Positions 56,051 through 64,000 of a DNA stretch of 64,000 nt are shown here, in pieces. A model generated the notes under the pieces. It was not told the DNA's origin and did no database searches. It saw only the letters and a program-made list of their open reading frames with translations. Origin of the DNA: Zootoca vivipara (lineage: Eukaryota). Where the stretch lies: NCBI RefSeq assembly GCF_963506605.1, contig NC_083288.1:34348001-34412000 (forward strand), read 5' to 3'. The position numbers and the translations under genes are program-made. Position 1 is the stretch's first letter, and each line of letters starts with the position of its first letter.

Positions 56051-57076
56051 GTAAGCACAGCCGGATTCCCCCGGGCGCTCCCAAGGATCTCCAGATCCCA
56101 CTTTCCTTTAATCGCCAGTGACCCAGCTTTATTCATAACTATCCCTAGGACTCTTTTCATTTCATGCTGTATCTAGCTCTTCGTGCTCCCCCCGATTCCC
56201 AATGGGAACCGCACTGCATGCTTCCGACACACACAAAATTCCTGCGACAGTTACTTCTCCGTTCCTTCTCTCTCGCCCTCCCTATCCTTGCAGAACCCTC
56301 GCCCAATACCTCCGAGGAACAAATATTGTACCTCTGCTCCCACAGGCCTGCGACCCCAAATCTAGTAGGCTCTCCTTTCCCCCACCCTGTTCCTAGCAAG
56401 ATTCTTAAAGGATCGCTACGTTCCTTCTTATATTCTAGTCTTTTCCGCGCTTCCCGGAAGGATCCCAAACCAGAGTCTCTTGCAGAGTAAGCGAGGCCTG
56501 CACTCCGCCTTCTCTTCGCCTAGGTTTCCCTCTCCCTATTGCTTAGGAAAAAAATCGGGACCCCAGTTCCTTCCTTCTTAGATACAGAAGATTTCTATGT
56601 ACTCTTCCTTTCAAGCTTCTCTAAAATGCCAGCTCTTAAATGTTGCAGTCAGAAGCTCCCGGCAGACTTCCCATCTTACCCTTTCCCCTACTTCAGCTGT
56701 TGCTGTTACTCAAGACTAAATGCAAGCCTTCGAAAAGATCAAGGGGTGGTAGTGGTGGAGAGGAGGGAGGAACTTGGACCCCTGGGTTCTTTAGAAGCAA
56801 AACAGGGGTGGGGGTGCAAAAGTAAGTGAGTTTTTCCAACACAGAGACAAAACTTGGTTTATAATGGTTTAGAGAAGGTGGGGTGGGAGCCAGGACTCCC
56901 AAGTAGTCTGAGGAGGAAAAAAGGAGGGTTGAAAAGGATTCCTGTATTGTAGGGGCTTGGACTAGATTGCCCCAACTCTACAATTCTAGGATCTGAGGAA
57001 GGGGTTTTATTTAAGTACATTGAGAGAACTGGATGCTTAGAATTCAGGGAACCCTGAAATTCTCCACCAGTTAGAG

Positions 57077-57212
57077 CAGGCATCCCCAAACTTCGGCCCT
57101 CCAGATGTTTTGGACTACAATTCCCATCTTCCCCAACCACTGGTCCTGTTAGCTAGAGATCATGGGAGTTGTAGGCCAAAACATCTGGAGGGCCGCAGTT
57201 TGGGGATGCCTG
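57077..57212. mobile_element. 136-bp hAT-type MITE
   Basis: TIR CAGGCATCCCCAAACT / AGTTTGGGGATGCCTG. Perfect TSD AGTTAGAG (57069-57076 and 57213-57220). Confidence 0.88.
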
Positions 57213-57361
57213 AGTTAGAGAGACCCTTCCAGGCATGATAGAATAATAGAATACAGTACTGCAATAGATAATAGAACATGACCTTCTTTTTCTGATTCCT
57301 CCAGGCTAGACCTAGACCCTCCTCCGAAACCTCTTGTCTTCACTTTCAACCCCTGGGCACC

Positions 57362-60300
57362 ATGCCACTCGCCCGCAGCCTCTCAGTGACCTCCCTAACA
57401 GGACTAGAGGACTGGGATGATGAACTCGACCTAGAAAATGCCATCCTGTTTGAGGTGGCTTGGGAAGTGGCCAATAAAGGTAAGATGTCATTTCTTTTCA
57501 GACTTCTCTCTTTTTTTTAAAGGAAAGTGGGCTTGAGCAGGTTGGCAAGTGGAAACAAGAATGTCTGAGGTTATTTTCCTTGGTGGGGGTGTTGCAGAAT
57601 TGGGACTAGTGGGTGAGCATAAGGAGGGACTGAGAACACACCTTGCTGAGATATTTGTAAGCAAAGTAATGTTGAGTCCTGAAAGCCAATAACCTGAAAG
57701 CCAATAGCCTACACCAGTTGGACTACAACTCTCATCATCCCTAGCTAGCAGGACCAGGGATGATGGGAACTGTAGTCCAAAAACAGCTGGAGACCCAAGT
57801 TTGGAAAACCCTAGTCTAGATGTTAAAGCAGGAGGGGCAGGCTTGCAATCCTCTAGATCAGGCACCCCCAAAATTATTTCAGTGATTCGTCTGTGCTTGG
57901 CCTATGGTCCTTTTATATTATTATTATTTGAATCCTCTTTAAACTTATTTGGGAGTCGCTTCTCAGGCTTACTTCTGAGGAGACCTACACACCACGGGGA
58001 TGGGGGAACCTGTAGCCCTGCAGATGTTGCTAGACTGCAACTCCCATTGCCCTTGACCAGGCACCCCCAAACTTCAACCCTCCAGATGTTTTGGACTACA
58101 ATTCCCATCTTCCCTGACCACAAGTCCTGTTAGCTAGGGCTCATGGGAGTTGTAGGCCAAAACATCTGGAGGACCGCAGTTTGGGGATGCCTGCTCTAGA
58201 TGTTGTTGGACTACATTTCCCACCATCCCTGGCAATTAGCCATACTGGCCAGGGATAACGGGAGTCCAGCAATATTCTAGAGGGCCATTGGTTCCCCATC
58301 CCTGCTGTAAAGGGTAAAGGTATCCTTCCCACAGCCTGATGTCATCTAGAGATGTTGTCGGACCTGAGCTCCCATCACCCCTGACCATTTACTTTGTTGA
58401 TGGGAGCTGGAGTCCAAAACAGCTGGAGGGCACTTGTTTGGGGAACAGTGGTGTCAGAGGAAAGGAAGCTGAAAGTCAGGGGTCCTCTTTTCTCTGGGGT
58501 TCCCCTTCCTCCTACAATGGACCTCTGTGGTCTCTTCCCTGCAATCAACAGGTGTGGGAAGTAGCTTAGGCCTTATTCCTCCCTATGACTATGCATGGCT
58601 CCTCCTAGCTATAAAGCCTCCCCTTTTATGTTAATGCAATATGGGTGGATGGGCGGCTGCAGTGCCCCATTATTCTGAGTGTTCCCAGTCCAGTCAGCTG
58701 TCAGAATGTAGAATGATCACCCAGTGTGCCTTCCAGCTGAATAAGTTGCCATGCGTTTTGCTTTAGGTTCAGAAGTCCTGGTGCTCTTTTGTCAGGCTAT
58801 AAAGTGATTAACATGGGGTGCAATGATGTTGAAAGGATGTAGCTGTGGTGCTCCTTGGACAAAGCGCAGTGGGCTTTGATGGAGACTCCTTTCGATCCTG
58901 GACACTTGCCAGCGCCGTCACTATCCCGGAGGATCTGTTCCCATGTGCGCTGTTAAGAGCATGACCCTTTGGGAGGTTAAAGTTCTCCTGGCTTCTTCCC
59001 CAGAGTTTGAGCACGTGCCTTGCATGCCCCAGCTATATTACCAACACAGAAAGGTTACACTCAACCTCCCCATGTTCACGCACACACACACACAGGTTAC
59101 ACTCAACATACACACACCCATAACCCCACACACCGTTCTGTTGCATAAGGAACGTCTTGAAATGTCACACAGTCCTTGAAGTTGCTGTGTCCTTGTATAA
59201 ATAGGCAACTGTTTAGAAGCAGGAGGGTGGCTGCTTCTAATGTCAGGTTGGCAGAACCTTCCCTATCCAGTGTCATGATTCAGCCACCTCACCTGGAATC
59301 GTGCTGCCTAGGAACAAAAACCTGACTTCGGTTCGAAGCAAAATCAAGCTGCTAGTCCTCATGAGATTGTAAACATGTAAAGCAACATCTGCTCAACTAT
59401 CAACTATTAAGAGCCTGTTGCAACTTCTGTTTATTGGGGAATTGAACTTCTGCACCCTGTACTGTACTTCCTTTCTCCCCCTGCTTCTGTCACATTAACA
59501 TAGCCTATTCTCTCTTTCCTCTGTGTGTCTTTGGTTTTACTGGTTACATATCAGGAAACGGCAGTAATGTTGCTTTAATATGTGTGTTGCTACTGAAGGT
59601 ACACTATTCATTTCTTCCCTTCTGTGGTCCCAGTTCCTTTCCCATGTAAAAAAAACCAAACCCTCAGCATCCCAGGTCTTGTATCTGAAGATGGTATATT
59701 CAAGAAGGGGCTGTTTTAGATGACTTTCTGGGAAGCTTCCATTGGATATAGAATTTGGAGGCCTATCTTCTGATGGTGGGTAGGATGCCAAGAAAATATT
59801 ACAGTTGTGCTCTAGCATTAGTCCTGGCTCCACATTGTCTTTTGGACACCATTCAAGATGCTAGTTTTAACTTGCAAAGCCTGCTGTTTATCTTAGGACA
59901 TTCAATGAAACGTGGTCTCCATTGTGACTACCGTATTAGATCAAGCACGAGCCAGGTCACCAATGCAGCAGAGCCAGACGACAAAGGCACGTGGTGGCTA
60001 ATGATGGGTCCTGAGCAATTCTGGAATTTGTTTAGGGCAGGCTTTTAACACACTGGGCTAAGCAGGTTAATGGCTTTTTATGTACTGTTTCACATAACTG
60101 CCTTTTGCCCTAATTGTTTTGTTGGTGTGTTTTTTTAAACAGTTGCTTCCACCAAGATCCTTGGGGATCTGAGAGGAGGCAGGTCTTAGAAACTGAAACC
60201 TGCAGCCCTATACATGTGTAACCCGAGCATAAGTTGCGCAGAATACAGTGGAACTTGCTTTCGGGCTTAGTGTTGCACTGTAATTTTGTAAAACATAGTT

Positions 60301-62886
60301 GGAATTTGTGTCTGAATGTACCCTACGAAATTCTTTATGTGTGTATGTGTCTCTTCCTATGTGCAAAAAATTGTAAGACTGTTGTCATGTGGGCAGCCTT
60401 GACAACTCCTGTCTGGTGAATAGCAAGCAGCCAAGCAAGCAAGTGGGGGGGGATAGGTGGGGGGGAGGCACCATCAGAGGCACAATGAAGTTTGCTAAAT
60501 CTCTGTGTGAAGCACCTCCCCCTCCCCATTAAGCACACCTTCACATAGCGGTTTAGCAAGCTGCTGTATTGGGTGGGGTAGGAGGGGAGGGGCAGGGCCC
60601 TCAGATTGCAGGGTCCTTCAGGGCCCTCAGATTGCAGCCATCCAGCTGAGGTCTTGCCTGAGGCCAAATTGAGCAGCAGTGCCCTCATAAATTCCATGTG
60701 AGATGCCTGCATTTATCCAGCCCCAAATTGGCACTTACTCCTTATAGAAGTGATGCCCCAGGCCCTTGTATCCTGCAGTGCTAATTTCCTGGCCAAACCT
60801 TTTCACCTACATTATTCATGTAGGTGGTTTTCCTTCCCTTCTTTTCGATTTACTAGCTTGGAAGGGGATGCAACGAGCCAAGATGAGATGCACATTTGAC
60901 AGAGGGAGCCAGGACCATAGGTAGGCAAAGTGGCTTGCAAGTGATGGCAGAGTTCATGCTCTTTCCAGGAAGAGAACTGGCGCCTAACTGGTTATAAGAG
61001 AACAATTAGTGCCAGGAATCTTGGAGCAAGTGTATGGCCTCCTTAATTCCCTCAGGTCTGCAGAGTCGGAGTGAAGTACTTTGGGGCAACTCCAAACTGA
61101 AAGACCTAAAGTTTTTATCTACGCATCTCCTGGCCAGTTTTCCTTGGCAAATCCCAGAACCCCAAAAGCCTCGGTGAGCAGATGCAAGGGTATCTCAAAG
61201 CTTCCTTTTTGTGTGTGTTCTTCAGTTATAATGTTGAAACAGGAACCCGTTCAGAAGAGGTGTGCATCGTGTAGCTGCTTGTTCGCCACCCCTGAGCGAA
61301 TTCTGCCTCAGTCAGACATTGCTATGGAAGTGTAGCAATACCCTATTGCAGGAATGGGGAACCTGTGCCCTTGAGATGCTGTTGGACTCCTGTTCCCATC
61401 AGCCCCAGCCAGCACAGCCACAGATTGGGGATTATGGAAGATGTAGTCCAGCAACATCTGAATAGCCATAGGATTCCCATCCCTACCCTAATATCTGTAG
61501 CTAAACCTAAGTAGATGTAACTGAAACAGTTGTATATTCCTGACCTACTTACTTCTGCTTATGGCACTGTGTAAGTGCATCTCTGTGGCATCCACAAATT
61601 CATGTTCCCCGCCATGATTTATCCTTTCTCAGTGATGATTTGGAGCCAAACATGTGAGCTGCCCCTACTGAGAACCATTCTGCTCGACCTGCAATTCGCA
61701 TGTGGAAATTCTTGTGCTGTGCCACAGACATCCATCAGGGAGCATGCATGAGCCAACCTCCCCTTAATGTTTCTGACTTAATGTTGGAATGCTTCCATTT
61801 CTGATTAAGGATCTAGCGAAAGTAGGCTGTTGCATTGCACAAGGGCTTTTCCTATCGAAAGGTAATAGTGTTAGTAGGTTACTGTATAAAGCACTGAAAT
61901 AGGTTCACTTAGGAACATCCAAGCAATACAACCAAAGGAGTACAGGAAGAGCTCTGCTGGATCAGATCTAAAGACCTGCCTGGTCCAGCATCCTACTTCC
62001 TGCAGTACCCAGGCAGGTGTTTCTGGGAATCCTACACAAGAGTCGGAAAAATGCCCCTCCCTCCTTGTTGTCCCCTATTGTGGAATGAATGTGCAAACTG
62101 GATATACCCATTGTGACTAATTGCCATGAATAGACCTATCCTCCATGAACTGCTTAGCCTGAAGAAGAGATGATTAAGAAGCGATGCGGTAGCCATCTTC
62201 AAATATTTGAAGTGCTGTTGCATAGATGATGGAGTAAATCTGTTGCTTGGGTGGGTGGGACCGAAACTAACATTCGAATTACAAGAAAGGGGATTTCAAA
62301 TAAAAGCTGCTGCTGGAGAACTCTCCTTCCCTAGGAGTTTTTAAAGCAGAGGTTGAAGCCATGCAGGGATACTGAAGCAGTGGATTTTCTGCATTAGCAG
62401 GGGGTTAAACTAGGTGACCTTTGAGATCCTACTCAACTCTATGAATCTATGAACTTCTCTGTCCATGTTTGAAAGCCACCAGCCATCCCTACATCATGTC
62501 TTAGCGAATCCCGCAACTTTACAGCCTCCCCTGAATCTACCACTGATTCACATTCAGCATCCTGTGGTCACAAGCCAACCCAATGCCAAGACCCCTGAAA
62601 GTGGACGAAACTCCCTCTCTGTGCTAGTACGCATTGATGTCTGGGAGCGGGTGGGTAGCAGCCTACAGGGGGTCAACTAATGCCACCCCTTCTCTCCCTT
62701 TCAGTTGGTGGGATCTACACGGTTATCCAGACCAAAGCCAAGATTACGCTGGATGAGTGGGGAGAGAATTATTTCCTGATTGGGCCTTACCTGGAGCTGA
62801 ATGTCCGCACACAGGTAGAGCTCATAGAGCCGCCCAACCCTGCCATCCGCCGCACCATTGACTCCATGAACGCAAAAGGGTGCAAG
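57362..62886 (+). CDS. GYS1: Glycogen synthase 1 (muscle), first two coding exons; continues beyond the window
   Basis: 57362-57479 [39 protein letters not shown] and 62705-62886 (V)[37 protein letters not shown]. The KVGG motif is split by a phase-1 intron. The N-terminus is of the GYS1 type. Confidence 0.93.
57859..58193. mobile_element. Composite hAT MITE: extra left TIR, about 185 bp filler, then a complete 136-bp MITE at 58058-58193
   Basis: TSD CTCTAGAT at 57851-57858 and 58194-58201. CAGGCACCCCCAAA occurs at both 57859 and 58058. Confidence 0.7.
62150..62452 (+). mobile_element. CR1 LINE 3' fragment
   Basis: ttagcctgaagaagagatgattaag..gccatcttcaaatatttgaag..ggggttaaactaggtgacctttgagatcctactcaactctatgaatctatga, ending in a CR1-type TCTATGA repeat. 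Confidence 0.65.
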
Positions 62887-64000
62887 GTAAGAATCGGGGG
62901 GGGGGGGGAGAGGCAGGAATCGGGGGGTCCACAGAGGCCTAATTCTTGCAGGAGCACCTCACTTTCCTTTGAGGCAGAGACTGCAGCTCACTGGTAAAGC
63001 ACATGCTGTGAATGCAGATGGTGCCAGGTTAATCTCTAATTAAAATAATCAGGCAGCAGGTGTCAGGCCAGACATCTTCCTGAGACCCTGAAGAGCTAGT
63101 CAGAGTAGCACATACTGGGTTAGATGAACAAAGTTTGACCTGGTATAAAGCTTCTTCCTGAGAGAGGGGGTGTCATGTGACTGTGACTGTCATGTGACTT
63201 TCAGTACTGTGCCTTTTCAGACCACAGATGGGAGCCGACAAGACAGAATTGCTCCCCCACGGAGTAAAAATAACATTCCTACATATAGGAAGCTGACATG
63301 CCTAGGATACATCCAGTTTAATTTTGCCGGAGTTTTTTTTTTTTTTTTTTTTAACGATGAAGCATACGTTCTTGTGAGCCTCTTTCTGCAGTCTGAAGTG
63401 GTACAGTCTAGAACCTGCTGTGCCACCGTTGTTTGTGGTCAATGTCTCTGTACATGAGGTTCCCTGGTCTAAAAGAAGGGTCTTTTCATTTCCTCTTATC
63501 GCATCCTTATTCCTCTTTTTCTTCATTCGGAGTGTATTGCTTGTCCCCCACTCCCATTCCAGTGGCAAAGAGGGCTACTTCACACCCCTAAGCACAATAC
63601 ACTTCTTTTAAAATAAATAAAAGTAGAACCCTTAAGGGTGCTGAATTTTGCACCCAGTACTGAGTTCGTTACTGTATTTTATCTACACTTGGGCAGAATC
63701 GTGGAATCCAAGCAATCCAAGCAGCTATCAGTTGGGGTCTTGCTTGCCTCTCTGGGTCGTGCCTGAATCTTAACATTATAATGCAGAAACTCTAATGCAG
63801 GTTTTAAGTACAGTTTTTATCATCCAGGGGCCAAATTTGATAGGACAGCTGGGGCATAACACAGAGACATATACTCTTTGTGTTCATCCCCCAAACAGTG
63901 TGGAGCTGCTCTGCACTCTCATAGCACATTCCTTTAGGCAGCTGCTGCTAGCATTGACGGCTGTCCACATAACTGGGAGACCCCAGTAGTAAGCAGTGCA

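Noticed and set aside
57069-58450. Recurring palindromic repeats that superficially resemble a CRISPR array
   Set aside because: The context is a eukaryotic intron, spacing is irregular, and the TIR/TSD structure identifies them as MITEs.

Overview
This is vertebrate genomic DNA, not prokaryotic. Sauria SINE and BovB repeats point to a squamate, probably a lacertid lizard. I reconstructed six spliced genes by hand from GT-AG junctions with consistent reading phase: TBC1D17 (minus, exons 1-10, running off the left edge), AKT1S1/PRAS40 (plus, complete, head-to-head with TBC1D17), a divergent TSPAN4-like tetraspanin (minus, complete, 239 aa), POLR2L/RPB10 (plus, complete, divergent from the tetraspanin), PRMT1 (minus, complete, including the 54-nt v2-type NES cassette exon) and GYS1 (plus, first two coding exons). 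Introns carry SINEs, LINE fragments (CR1, L2, BovB), and Tigger/pogo-like and hAT MITEs, several with perfect target-site duplications (TSDs). The most notable observations are: (1) a TSPAN4-like/POLR2L pair inside a block of genes that are 19q13.33 in human, a candidate ohnolog pair lost in mammals; (2) an oriented array of 12 CCAAT boxes upstream of PRMT1, several followed after exactly 11 bp by a GTCA(A/T/C)TCA-like motif; (3) young nested or composite hAT elements near GYS1. I see no CRISPR array, RNA gene or wholly novel system. Gene identities rest on my recall of the human proteins, not on database searches.
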